Notes under the pieces: model-generated
Told to the model about the DNA's origin: nothing
The model's database searches: none
The model's input: the letters and a program-made list of their open reading frames with translations, nothing else
UHGV virus genome: UHGV-0097969
DNA length: 45,847 bases
Direction: 5' to 3' (one strand)
Source: a virus
Part shown: piece by piece, positions 20,323 to 29,695 of the stretch
How positions within the stretch are numbered: position 1 is the first letter of the stretch
Layout: each line of letters opens with the position of its first letter
Translations under genes and position numbers: made by a program

Positions 20323-21042
20323 TTAACGAGAGAACGTCTTAGAAAGGATGTCATCAATAGCCTTTGTGACTTCATCAGCAAACGCATCCTCACCAGCACG
20401 CAGCGCCACGCCATGCCAATCAAGACGCTGCGAATAGTTAGGTTGCTGGATGAACGTAAGGATCAACGTAGGACGCCGCCCAACGCGCTGCCAGACGCCT
20501 GGTTGAAGCGGGTTACTTGTACCAGGTCGAACAACAAAAAACTCCGTAGGCTTGCCCTGACGGCGATTTTGATGCGCATCTCGCTGAACTCTTAGGCCAG
20601 ATAAGACCTGCTGTAATTGCCCCCGCGAAATATTCCCGTATTTGTCCAGCTTTGCGCCGGGACCAGGAGCAAGCTGCCAGCCGTTAGGCAAATATCCACC
20701 AGCCCTTAGCGCCCCTTCTGAGCGTTTGTACTGTCGTTGGCCGCCTTCGATTTGCGGAGTCAACGTTACAGGGGCTGGCGTTCCACCCCATTCACGAGCA
20801 TACACAATGGCTGTAGGATCACTCTTCTTTGCGGCTAAAACGTAAGTAGAGTTCTGAATCCACGGCGTGGGCCTGTCAAATACCCGATTAATTTCATCCT
20901 TAATCGCAGCCTGAGAAGCCTTTGCCGTTCTGGTTGCTGTAAGCGCCATTGCGAACGGCAATTCGCGTTCTTCAAGGCGCTGGAGTTGTCGTTGAATATC
21001 CTGAGAAGAAAAATCCATCTTTATCTCAATTCTGTCAGCCAC
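20323..21042 (-). CDS. hypothetical protein
   Basis: 239-aa ORF, Gln/Arg/Pro-rich, no recognised motif. Confidence 0.4.
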   Translation of the reverse strand: MADRIEIKMDFSSQDIQRQLQRLEERELPFAMALTATRTAKASQAAIKDEINRVFDRPTPWIQNSTYVLAAKKSDPTAIVYAREWGGTPAPVTLTPQIEGGQRQYKRSEGALRAGGYLPNGWQLAPGPGAKLDKYGNISRGQLQQVLSGLRVQRDAHQNRRQGKPTEFFVVRPGTSNPLQPGVWQRVGRRPTLILTFIQQPNYSQRLDWHGVALRAGEDAFADEVTKAIDDILSKTFSR

Positions 21043-21058
21043 CAGCGCCTCCTACACA

Positions 21059-22438
21059 CTACTTAATCAGCGGCCGGAAAGCCGCCAGCACATCATCAGA
21101 TCGTCCGATTGTTGAACCACCAGGCAACGGCAACTCAAACTCAAAACGAACAGCTTTCTCCAGACTCGCCCAACTAAGGGAATCATCGTTAATGACGTGC
21201 AAATACCAGCTCTTACAGTTGAATATTGACCGCTTAATCCTGAAACCATGTACACGACACAACTGCTTCACTTCATCATCAGAGTGAAACTTCTGGTAAA
21301 ACCAGTGCCCCTTCCGGTACAACGCGGTAAAACCGTTATGATCAATAAAATAAAGCCGGCTTTTGGAACTCGCCGCTTGTGTTTGCTTCAGGACTGTTTC
21401 CAGCTCTCCACGGCTACGACCAGAAAAGAATATTGACCCACCAGCTTTACACAGGCCTTTCAGAACCGTCAGAACGGACCATTCAGCCTCGACACTATCG
21501 ACCGAGTTCAAAACGCTATCGCAAATCACGTAGTCGTAACGCCCTCGCGTTTTTAAGTCGTCCACCAGCGTATCAATCATCCGGTTTGTTGCGGTCCTAT
21601 CCAGAGTGTTTCCAGCGCCCTTACGGCGGAAAAGCTCGAGATCATGCAGGTTATATCCCTTTGCCCTGAGCATTCGCGCGTAGTCTCCCTGCCCCGAACC
21701 AAAATCAATTCCTCTTGGCGTCTTGGCAATGATCGGGAGGATCAACGACTCATACAGGTTTGATTTCAGGCTGCCACCATTACGCAACCGCATAAGCTGC
21801 GCATACGTCTGGATGTATGTTGTTTTCTCCAGATGAGAATACTCAAATACACCATAAGTTTTATTCAGATAACTTTGGTATTTTTCCTTCTCAACATCAG
21901 GGATCACAAACACCGTTAGCGGTGTGCGCGTCATTTTCGCTGCTAATGCATACTGAGCACAGTGAATAACCTCACCAGACTGAGTAGCAACACAACCACC
22001 CCACGGACCATACTTGATAACCAGTTCCGCTATGTTCTTTCGAACATATGCCATTTTCGCGCGCATATTGCCTGAGATCTGGCTTGCCGATACCTGAACA
22101 AAACCATGCTTATCTTCCAGACCGGACACCCTGCAACGCTCATCTCCGCTATCAAAATCCGTTCCGTTATGCAGTTGGTTAAACCGAACTTCGTCGTATA
22201 CCGTCGTTTCACAGGGCAACACATACACCGCAGCACGCGTTATTCCCAACTTACGTAGCGCCTTCGTCCTTTGGTGTCCCGCCACCAGCAAATCGCCGCG
22301 CACTATCAATGGCTTCACAAGCCCCAGCTCCCTGACGCTTTCGGCCAGCCTCGCAAGATCATCCTCACCGATAAAACGCGGGTTATATTCCGCGCCGCGT
22401 AGGTGCGTTATGTCGTAATTCAGGTGAAGCATCAGCAC
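21059..22438 (-). CDS. ParB-like N-terminal domain fused to class I SAM-dependent methyltransferase
   Basis: N-terminus ...LLVAGHQRTKALRKLG; C-terminal IDFGSGQGDY... and YDYVICDSVL Rossmann motifs; no DPPY/NPPW motif seen. Confidence 0.6.
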   Translation of the reverse strand: MLMLHLNYDITHLRGAEYNPRFIGEDDLARLAESVRELGLVKPLIVRGDLLVAGHQRTKALRKLGITRAAVYVLPCETTVYDEVRFNQLHNGTDFDSGDERCRVSGLEDKHGFVQVSASQISGNMRAKMAYVRKNIAELVIKYGPWGGCVATQSGEVIHCAQYALAAKMTRTPLTVFVIPDVEKEKYQSYLNKTYGVFEYSHLEKTTYIQTYAQLMRLRNGGSLKSNLYESLILPIIAKTPRGIDFGSGQGDYARMLRAKGYNLHDLELFRRKGAGNTLDRTATNRMIDTLVDDLKTRGRYDYVICDSVLNSVDSVEAEWSVLTVLKGLCKAGGSIFFSGRSRGELETVLKQTQAASSKSRLYFIDHNGFTALYRKGHWFYQKFHSDDEVKQLCRVHGFRIKRSIFNCKSWYLHVINDDSLSWASLEKAVRFEFELPLPGGSTIGRSDDVLAAFRPLIK

Positions 22439-23055
22439 ACCTCCCCAGCCAGCAATGCGGATACAAATCCGATATAGCTGCCATTATCATCAACATAACG
22501 AGACACCGCGCAGTCAAAACGATCCGCTTCCTCATCCGTTGCCGGGATTTTATGACCTCCAAATGACAGGTACTGAACTTTTACGCCTGATTTGGCCTCA
22601 TCCTTCTCAAATGGGATATCCATACCCTCTGTGTCATCGTAGACCGCCGCACTCAATAAGTTATCCAGTTCGCGCTGAGTAAAACCAATTGAGTCCAGAG
22701 CAAAATCATCGGCCGCAAGATCTGCAAGCTCCGCGCTTAACAACTCTTCATCCCAACCAGCATTCAGCGGAATACGGTTGTCGGCCAGACGATATGCCTT
22801 CTTCTGATTCTCCGTTAGCCCAGCCAGAACAATGCAGGGAACATCATCCATCCCCAACTGAGTGGCCGCAGCAATTCGACCATGACCAGCAATTACAACG
22901 TTGTTCTCGTCTATCAGGATCGGATTAGTCCATCCGTACTCCTGTATGCTGGCAACAATCTGATCTACCTGCTCCACGGAGTGTGTGCGAGCGTTCTTTT
23001 CATAACCAATCAACACAGAAAGTGGTAAAGAAACCACATTAAGATGTTTTGTCAT
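22432..23055 (-). CDS. ParB-like nuclease domain protein (paralog of 19176-19766)
   Basis: 207 aa; ...VIAGHGRIAAA...QKKAYRLADNR...LNAGWDEELL, collinear with the 196-aa paralog. Confidence 0.65.
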   Translation of the reverse strand: MTKHLNVVSLPLSVLIGYEKNARTHSVEQVDQIVASIQEYGWTNPILIDENNVVIAGHGRIAAATQLGMDDVPCIVLAGLTENQKKAYRLADNRIPLNAGWDEELLSAELADLAADDFALDSIGFTQRELDNLLSAAVYDDTEGMDIPFEKDEAKSGVKVQYLSFGGHKIPATDEEADRFDCAVSRYVDDNGSYIGFVSALLAGEVC

Positions 23056-23300
23056 GCCGTTTATCCGCTAAAATCCCCTCGCTTGTGCAAGCAAGTGGGC
23101 CTCGGTTTGTATCCACGGCACCCTGTGGGTATGAATGACTGTCGTCAGGTCGCAACTGACGGCGGTCGCCCACCTTCCAGTAATAAAAAAGCCACCAGCA
23201 TTAACTCCACAGCGAGCTGGAGTTAATGAGGCAGCTTTGGTTTGCGCATTATCGCAGCCCCTGATAAGCACAAGAGCTGCTGTAATGCGTTACGCAGGGA

Positions 23301-23618
23301 TCAAACGGAGGCGGCCGTTTCGTCGTCTTCAAGTACCGCGCCTTCTGGCAAATCAACACAGGCAAAAACAGGGCAGCCTGGATAACGATCATCTTCCATC
23401 GCAATCAGCATCGACTCACCGAACCACTCTGTGGTAGCACGACCATCAGCCGCCTGATAGTGAATCAGATACTGGTTTTCGCCATTTGCATACTGAGCAC
23501 GGGCTTGAACTTCTCCCCACTCTTCACTGATACGCATTGTTACCAGTTGGGATAATTCAAACTTAAACGGAACAGACTCTGCACCAATGGCAATCGGTTT
23601 ATCTTCTTTCTTTTCCAT
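23301..23618 (-). CDS. hypothetical protein
   Basis: Likely ATG at 23618 with AGGTGA upstream (track start 23687); preceded by a terminator hairpin. Confidence 0.4.
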   Translation of the reverse strand: MEKKEDKPIAIGAESVPFKFELSQLVTMRISEEWGEVQARAQYANGENQYLIHYQAADGRATTEWFGESMLIAMEDDRYPGCPVFACVDLPEGAVLEDDETAASV

Positions 23619-23667
23619 AACATCACCTGAAAATAAAAAGCCCCGCGACACCGCGAGGCTGTAAGAG

Positions 23668-23820
23668 TTACTTTCGATATAAATCAAGGTGCATTTGCTC
23701 TCGCTTACGCCGAAAAGCTCTCTGCGCCACTAAGATGCGCCACAGGACACCAGCAATAACCACCAGCGAGAAACAAAACCACACGGCCATAATCACCAGA
23801 AAAATGCCAAGACCATTCAT
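23668..23820 (-). CDS. small membrane protein (50 aa)
   Basis: Hand-translated MNGLGIFLVIMAVWFCFSLVVIAGVLWRIL...; ATGA overlap with upstream ORF; terminator follows. Confidence 0.35.
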   Translation of the reverse strand: MNGLGIFLVIMAVWFCFSLVVIAGVLWRILVAQRAFRRKREQMHLDLYRK

Positions 23821-24023
23821 GAAACTATCCATTCTTCAATGAATATCTCCAGTAATGTCAAGAGATACGCCGTACCCAGCGCGGTTCCTACCGATATAGC
23901 TAAGACAAACCTCAAAGATAACGAGGTGTCTTTCGCTTTTCTCCAGACGTAAGCGCCAGCCAGAAATACCAACAAATCTCTTATTGGAAGCGGGAACCAG
24001 AACAAATCACTCGGCAAGTCCAC
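23817..24023 (-). CDS. small membrane protein (68 aa)
   Basis: Two hydrophobic segments; coupled to flanking ORFs. Confidence 0.35.
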   Translation of the reverse strand: MDLPSDLFWFPLPIRDLLVFLAGAYVWRKAKDTSLSLRFVLAISVGTALGTAYLLTLLEIFIEEWIVS

Positions 24024-24025
24024 GG

Positions 24026-24481
24026 TTATATCCTTCCATTCATTTTTATCGGGTGACCAGATAGCCTTACGCTGTTGAGCTGTAAAGCTCCGGTATCAAC
24101 TAACTGATCAACTAACATGATTAGAGCTTCATATTCAGACTGATAGCTAACCTGACGCATTCGACCGCCGTTGTTCTCCAGAATGTCGGCCACCTTTGCA
24201 GCCAACTCGCTTAGACAGGAGAACTTATTCCCATATATCGTTTTATACTCGCGCTTCTGGCATTCTTCGGCTTGCGGCTGGTTATCGAGAGCTATCAGCG
24301 ACCGATGGCTATCAAGGAAGTCCACAATCTCATTCAGGCACTCTTTAGCTGCCTCATCGTGACTTTTTCCGTATGCTTCATGGAGGACTTTCATCCTCAT
24401 CATTGCTCCGTCACATATAGTCGAAAGCGCGTAAAGCACATCACTAACCGACATTTCTTTTTTGGTGCTTGTCGAAGGCAT
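24026..24481 (-). CDS. hypothetical protein
   Basis: 151-aa ORF in the small-gene block downstream of repeat cassette a. Confidence 0.4.
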   Translation of the reverse strand: MPSTSTKKEMSVSDVLYALSTICDGAMMRMKVLHEAYGKSHDEAAKECLNEIVDFLDSHRSLIALDNQPQAEECQKREYKTIYGNKFSCLSELAAKVADILENNGGRMRQVSYQSEYEALIMLVDQLVDTGALQLNSVRLSGHPIKMNGRI

Positions 24482-24555
24482 CCCATGTTCTCCTTTGTCT
24501 GGATGTAAAAAAGCCCCGGCAATTGCCGAGGCTCGTTGTTCGTTATCGTTACGGT

Positions 24556-24756
24556 TTAATGCTCGCGTCGTCCGGCGACAACTTCGGATTTGTATTTCAG
24601 GTCGCCCAGCAAGAATTGCAGTTTAAGCATCTTTGCCGCCGTGTAGTTCCCTGATTCAACAACCTCTTTCATGAGGTCATAAACGGCCGCTACATCATCA
24701 GTCAGGAACTCTTTGCGTTGCTGCTCAGTCGCACGTTTGAAGGAAATACGCATCAC
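24556..24756 (-). CDS. hypothetical small protein
   Basis: 66 aa, ATGA overlap with upstream ORF. Confidence 0.35.
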   Translation of the reverse strand: MMRISFKRATEQQRKEFLTDDVAAVYDLMKEVVESGNYTAAKMLKLQFLLGDLKYKSEVVAGRREH

Positions 24757-25022
24757 TCATCATCTCCTGCCGCACATACAACCTCACAAAAAACATCAGC
24801 GGAATGTTTCTTTTTGAATGAATGGCGCTCAAAACCGCACTCAATATCAGGCGCAAAAACATCCACCACATACGGTCTTTCAGAATGTTTGTTTTCCCAA
24901 CGATAAACCGTAGTGACGTTGAAATGTTTTAACGCTTCACGGAACTCAACGCTGCCAGTCAGGTTTTTTGAGGTCAGGTATTGCAGGAGGTTTTTTACTA
25001 CTTCACGGTCTTGTACTTTCAT
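24753..25022 (-). CDS. hypothetical protein, first gene after repeat cassette a
   Basis: ATG at 25022 preceded by GGAG within the conserved leader. Confidence 0.45.
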   Translation of the reverse strand: MKVQDREVVKNLLQYLTSKNLTGSVEFREALKHFNVTTVYRWENKHSERPYVVDVFAPDIECGFERHSFKKKHSADVFCEVVCAAGDDE

Positions 25023-25138
25023 CGGGTTATCTCCGGTTTAACCAGGGCGGGTATCGCTCGGTTTCGGGTATAACCTTAGGAAATTTTTTCCCACCTGTAA
25101 AGCACTTTTTATATAAATCTATAATTATATAATTCTAT
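25023..25138 (-). promoter_or_regulatory. conserved promoter/leader cassette, copy a
   Basis: About 108 bp near-identical to 31667-31768 and 41761-41876; TTTACA-N17-TAAGGT promoter-like, conserved leader with SD, AT-rich octamers upstream. Confidence 0.5.
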
Positions 25139-25722
25139 GACAGTTGCCAGAGAGCATCATGCAACTGGATACCTCCGTTGCACTGGTTGCCCCAGCCATG
25201 CCAGCCATCAGGTAAATCACCGCGAGCAAACAGCTCAATACGAGGAACATCACCTAACAGTCTTACCAGCTTGTCACGAACCACATCAGGCTTCCGTGAA
25301 TGTTCCAGACGAGGCGATGTAAACGACTGAATGATCCCCGCATCAAGGCGGGTCGGCAGTTTGCCTTTTACCGCAAACAAGCAATCTTCACTGTTCGCAC
25401 GAGTCATATGCCCCATCCCCATCACCAGCTTATCTGGTTGTCGGCTACCACATTTGTTCCATGTAAAGCCCTTCATGGTCATAAGCCTGAATCCCCATGC
25501 TTTCACCACCAGCAACGCTTCTTCTGGCTGAGTCGGAACCCACCACATGGCCAACAAACACGATTCAGGATTAGCAAGCTGCCAGACAGGAATACGAGCA
25601 ATATCCTCAGCTTTCATCGTTGGATACTTAAAACCAGCGCCACGACTCCCATCCTTACACTTGTCTTTGTATTCCCAGGGGGGATCTGCATAAATCAGAT
25701 TAAACAATGCAATTGCCTCCAT
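25135..25722 (-). CDS. DNA N6-adenine methyltransferase, MT-A70 family
   Basis: N-terminal motif ...LIYADPPWEY... (DPPW). Confidence 0.75.
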   Translation of the reverse strand: MEAIALFNLIYADPPWEYKDKCKDGSRGAGFKYPTMKAEDIARIPVWQLANPESCLLAMWWVPTQPEEALLVVKAWGFRLMTMKGFTWNKCGSRQPDKLVMGMGHMTRANSEDCLFAVKGKLPTRLDAGIIQSFTSPRLEHSRKPDVVRDKLVRLLGDVPRIELFARGDLPDGWHGWGNQCNGGIQLHDALWQLS

Positions 25723-26028
25723 GTTAGTTGTGCCTCCGGCGCTTATCTCCGGCAGTCATAACGCTGGCCAGCTCTACAGCAGACACAACGAAAAGGGCAC
25801 TAACCAGACTGATTAATGCCCTTGCCTGTTGTGTGCCGGATATCGCCCGACAACGCTGTTTTGGTAACACGGCTACAGTTCCGTGCCGCTCCAGCTTTTA
25901 CCCCTTTGCGGATAACAGGCCCTGCCTGTACTTAGCCCCACGTTCACCCGAATGTGCACCAGGCACGCATAAAGATGAGCACGAAGGAAGTAACTCCACC
26001 GCGCTTATCTTTATGTGTAAGAGTGAAT

Positions 26029-26104
26029 TGGTGGCCCCTACCGGATTTGAACCGATGACCGTGCGATTATGAGTCGCCTGCTCTAACCACTGAGCTAAGG
26101 GGCC
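26029..26104 (-). tRNA. tRNA with CAU anticodon (Ile2 or Met), CCA encoded
   Basis: Reverse complement GGCCCCTTAGCTCAGTGGTTAGAGCAGGCGACTCATAATCGCACGGTCATCGGTTCAAATCCGGTAGGGGCCACCA folds as a cloverleaf (7-bp acceptor, GCTC/GAGC D stem, TTCAAAT T loop); first half resembles ileX-type as recalled. Confidence 0.85.
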
Positions 26105-26273
26105 ATATTTGATTTGTTTGTCTGGTGTGGCGCCGCGTACGAAAATCCCAGCCAATAAATTCAGGATTTTTGGACGCGGCGGCATATCAGACAAACATGG
26201 TTGATGCGTGCGCTCATGAGAAAAGCGCATAGAATGTTGTAACTATATATTTATATAATTATAGAAATATATA

Positions 26274-26483
26274 TTACTTTTGGCAGTTGATTTCCCATGC
26301 CCTGTTATGAGCCAGAATATCTTTCTTTGTCTGGCGGTCCATAACATCGATGTCGTGATCAGTAAGGTAGATTGGCTTTACCCAATCACAGGCGGTATCA
26401 ACCACCACCGGGACGCTTCCACGACTCCCGCAGCTCGCGATCAACATCGTCATCAGCCATATGGTTAACACTCTGCTGTACAT
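26274..26483 (-). CDS. o-spanin (Rz1-like lipoprotein), overlapped frame
   Basis: Lipobox-like LIASC after a hydrophobic N-terminus; overlaps the 3' end of the i-spanin-like ORF in another frame. Confidence 0.45.
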   Translation of the reverse strand: MYSRVLTIWLMTMLIASCGSRGSVPVVVDTACDWVKPIYLTDHDIDVMDRQTKKDILAHNRAWEINCQK

Positions 26484-26676
26484 TCCCCACCTCTTTTGTC
26501 ACTTCTATACGCCGCTCCGCAGTGGCTTTTACGGCGGCTGCATTCTCATTAATGCGCTGCTTTTCAGCTTCATCTTCGGCCTTTTCTCGCCCCTTCATAC
26601 GACCAAAACCAAACGCACCGAATGCAACCAATATAACAGTGCCGATAAATGACAAAACGGCTTTCAAACCAGTCAT
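26398..26676 (-). CDS. i-spanin (Rz-like)
   Basis: N-terminal TM helix then charged coiled-coil region; directly downstream of endolysin. Confidence 0.5.
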   Translation of the reverse strand: MTGLKAVLSFIGTVILVAFGAFGFGRMKGREKAEDEAEKQRINENAAAVKATAERRIEVTKEVGNVQQSVNHMADDDVDRELRESWKRPGGG

Positions 26677-27215
26677 ACCACCACTCGATCTTTCATCCAG
26701 CCGTAGACAAACGACTCATTGGCCTCGCGCTTCTCCGCCAACTCCAGATAGCGTTCGCCCTGCGTACAGTTCAGCGACGTCAGCATCACCCGTTCTCCGT
26801 CTTTTCCCCGATTCCCAAGATAAGCACGCAGCGCATTAATGGTACGTGGACCGATTCGTCCGTCTGCATCCAAATCGGGATACAGCTTCCCGCGCAGATT
26901 GAACACATTCAGCCAGCGTTGAAGCATTTTTGACGCCACTGTTGGCCCCATGTTCACCCCCGTATCACACAGCTCTGCGGCAATATCAGAGGATAATGCG
27001 GCCACCTGATCAAAGCGTGGTCCGTACCAGTAATCAGCCTCAAGGATTTCCAGTGCCTGTTCGCGGGTTAAATCGCGCATATCGCCACGGTATCCATGAG
27101 CACGGGCAGTGTTCTGAGTAATGCCCCACTTTGTTGGGCCTCCCTTGTCGTCAGGGTGATCCACATAGCCGCCCTCTTTTCCAAGAACGCTGTTAAAAAT
27201 CTCATCTTTGGTCAT
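26673..27215 (-). CDS. endolysin, GH108 lysozyme with peptidoglycan-binding domain
   Basis: N-terminal ...GKEGGYVDHPDDKGGPTKWGIT... hallmark of GH108; follows holin genes. Confidence 0.8.
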   Translation of the reverse strand: MTKDEIFNSVLGKEGGYVDHPDDKGGPTKWGITQNTARAHGYRGDMRDLTREQALEILEADYWYGPRFDQVAALSSDIAAELCDTGVNMGPTVASKMLQRWLNVFNLRGKLYPDLDADGRIGPRTINALRAYLGNRGKDGERVMLTSLNCTQGERYLELAEKREANESFVYGWMKDRVVV

Positions 27216-27498
27216 GATTAAACCCTAATGCGTCAACTATCCGCGCCAGATTGCCCCTGAAATACAGAACAACGATGCAGATAATCAGATTTCCAATAAC
27301 CACCAGCCAGTGGGATTCTTGATAAAGACCGAACACATAACGGAAGGGAACATTGGCGTATACAATGACGTAGATATAAGCCAGAAAGGAAACAAATGGA
27401 CGATGCCTGGAGTCTTTCCGTCGATAAAGCATCAGCGCCATTACTATTACTGTGCAAAGCACCGCATTAATCAGTGCTGACGGGTCACTGCTTACCAT
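27202..27498 (-). CDS. holin/antiholin-like membrane protein
   Basis: Strongly hydrophobic; start uncertain (track 27534, internal Met at 27498); between holin and endolysin. Confidence 0.4.
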   Translation of the reverse strand: MVSSDPSALINAVLCTVIVMALMLYRRKDSRHRPFVSFLAYIYVIVYANVPFRYVFGLYQESHWLVVIGNLIICIVVLYFRGNLARIVDALGFNHDQR

Positions 27499-27880
27499 TT
27501 GAACCCCCTCCACGTAAGCGGGAAAGCATTCCAAAGATGCTACCGAGATCCTGGCTGTTTACGAACGTGAGGATTTTAATTGTCAATGCAGCCACAATAA
27601 CCGCACCAAGCGCATCAAGAGGTCGATCGTTGTAGCTGGTCCATTTGGCAAGAAATGAGCCAACTAACGGCGCTCCAATCACTCCAACAATGAACGATGT
27701 AAAGAAATAGCCAATCAGCTTGAGACGGCTAATATTCACCGCTGTAGCAACATAGAAAACAGCGCCAGCAAATGCCCCGAATACAACGCCGTAATCAATA
27801 CCAGTTGCAATACCAAAAACGCTGGCACCCATCAGGCCACCAGCAGCAACGGCCGTACCGGAAATTGGTTCTGCTGACAT
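27485..27880 (-). CDS. holin-like membrane protein
   Basis: 131 aa, Gly/Ala-rich TM segments; ATG at 27880 with GAGGA upstream; first gene of the lysis block. Confidence 0.5.
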   Translation of the reverse strand: MSAEPISGTAVAAGGLMGASVFGIATGIDYGVVFGAFAGAVFYVATAVNISRLKLIGYFFTSFIVGVIGAPLVGSFLAKWTSYNDRPLDALGAVIVAALTIKILTFVNSQDLGSIFGMLSRLRGGGSNGKQ

Positions 27881-27891
27881 TGAAATCCTCG

Positions 27892-27926
27892 TTAAAAAAA
27901 AAGCCCCGCCGAAAAAGGCAGGGCTT
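27892..27926 (-). terminator. strong intrinsic terminator immediately upstream of the holin RBS
   Basis: Minus strand AAGCCCUGCC-UUUUUC-GGCGGGGCUU followed by U9. Confidence 0.6.
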
Positions 27927-28258
27927 CATAAAGCAACAAATTACGCGGTAATCGCTTAACGCAGTTTTACTACGTTAAATGAAACACTACACCCAGTTAC
28001 CACCTAATACAAGGTTTTTCCATAAAAAACCTTCATATCGTGGTTAATCGATCAATAAAAAAACAATGTTCAATTTTTTACCAACCGAACATCCCGACCA
28101 GGACTTCCATAATATTCGCCGATATGCCACTGCTTAAGTTGAGTAATCTTCTCCAACTTAGCTCCCATAGAGTCCAGTTTCTGCCATGTTTTCGGTTGTA
28201 TGTGCTTCATTACCCGCTCTGAATATCTGAATACTGCTCGTAATCGCATGGATTCTCA

Positions 28259-28441
28259 CTACAGCTTATATAAGTGGTTTTTCCAGCGGTTTTGCGCCGC
28301 GCTGGGCTTTTTGCAAAAACCACAATCCATCATCCCGTAATATTTCATCAACCCCATCCGTCGGTTGCTGAGTCTCACCCACTGCCAGACGCCAGGAGCG
28401 TTTCTACGAACTAACAGAATCTTTGCTTTACGGTTTTTCAT
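28259..28441 (-). CDS. hypothetical small basic protein
   Basis: Internal Met of a longer track ORF; overlaps upstream gene end. Confidence 0.25.
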   Translation of the reverse strand: MKNRKAKILLVRRNAPGVWQWVRLSNRRMGLMKYYGMMDCGFCKKPSAAQNRWKNHLYKL

Positions 28442-29009
28442 CGCTTTGCTCTCCTGCGTCTCCTTTGGTGCGAATTCCAGCGGCGCGCTCGGCTTCACTT
28501 TGTTCCCAAAACCACTTGTGAAGCTCCATGAGCTTTTCGTCAATCGGTGCATATTTGCGATTCAAGTAGGCCTGAGCATCTTTCTCAGATTCGTCCGGCA
28601 ATTCGCCTGGGCCAAACAGTGTGTTATAAATCCATGCCAGTCCGCTTTTAGCGTCGCCAGTCGATTGCCATTCGATAATGGCAGCCTGCATGACCAGAAT
28701 GTTTTTCCCGATTAATAGGTCCAGTTCTTTGTACCTGTTGCGGATGTATGCATTCTCGCTTTGTAATTTTGCGTTGCGCTTCTCTGCGGCTTCCAGCTCA
28801 ACACGCAGCTTCCCTACCGTTAGCGCAATTTCCTCGTTCTCCTGGTCACGGCGTTTGATGTATTGCTGGTTTCTTTCCCGTTCATCCAGTAGTGCCAGCA
28901 CAACCTGAGGTGTGACTTTCATACGAAATGCCAGCAATTTTTGAGGCGTTGCTACTGTTTCAATTGCTACTGCTGCCTCACGCAGTGCCTGATAGTCAAT
29001 CTTGCTCAC
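28428..29009 (-). CDS. hypothetical coiled-coil protein
   Basis: 193-aa ORF, charged heptad-like middle region. Confidence 0.4.
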   Translation of the reverse strand: MSKIDYQALREAAVAIETVATPQKLLAFRMKVTPQVVLALLDERERNQQYIKRRDQENEEIALTVGKLRVELEAAEKRNAKLQSENAYIRNRYKELDLLIGKNILVMQAAIIEWQSTGDAKSGLAWIYNTLFGPGELPDESEKDAQAYLNRKYAPIDEKLMELHKWFWEQSEAERAAGIRTKGDAGEQSDEKP

Positions 29010-29695
29010 TGGTTGCCCTCCTGAATACGCTTAAACTCAATTACCCATACCCACGGGTTAGATAGCCAGTTCTCTTGCCCGTAAATACCGCGCCAGATAT
29101 CACCAAAGCCAACGCGATAAACAGCTTCCGGCGGTGTAATCTTGTACGTCGCCGGAGATGCGCCTTCTGCTTTAGCATCTGCCTCGCTCATGTCATGCAG
29201 CCGTTCCACACGCACGTCGGTAATTTCCAGCAAAATACGCGAAGCCCAGCGCGGCATGTGAATTGATGGACACCACCCGCCATCAAACTTTTCATTCACA
29301 GTGTGAGGTTTCCAGTCGGCATCATCGGGGATCGACCACAGGCCGTAATCACCAGGCTTTTGCTCGCAACTGGCTCGATAAATCCTTGCTGCGTTCTTCT
29401 CATCGCCACGACAAAGGTTGTCGTTCCAGTCCACACTGCAACCATCCTCATTGCCTAATATCGCCCACGCTTCACGGACCCATATGCGATCACCAACGTT
29501 ACCGAACGGGCATAAACCATGTTCAGGAGCATCCATAACGTGGGTATAGACACCATTGCGTTTCTTTGTCGGTTTACGGATAACCAGGCAGTTATCGGCC
29601 CTGACATTTTTTACAGGTCGGCGAGTCTGCGTCTTCCTTCCTTCAAGGATGGCCCTAACCATATCGTCATTAAAAACAACACCACGTTCTTTCAT
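29006..29695 (-). CDS. ASCH-like domain protein
   Basis: N-terminus ...MVRAILEGRKTQTRRPV... resembles the ASCH GxKTxxxR motif. Confidence 0.45.
   Translation of the reverse strand: MKERGVVFNDDMVRAILEGRKTQTRRPVKNVRADNCLVIRKPTKKRNGVYTHVMDAPEHGLCPFGNVGDRIWVREAWAILGNEDGCSVDWNDNLCRGDEKNAARIYRASCEQKPGDYGLWSIPDDADWKPHTVNEKFDGGWCPSIHMPRWASRILLEITDVRVERLHDMSEADAKAEGASPATYKITPPEAVYRVGFGDIWRGIYGQENWLSNPWVWVIEFKRIQEGNQ

Noticed and set aside
25898-26230. 110-aa ORF on the minus strand
   Set aside because: It translates straight through the tRNA gene (...GPLAQWLEQATHNRTVIGSNPVGA...); a tRNA read as protein.
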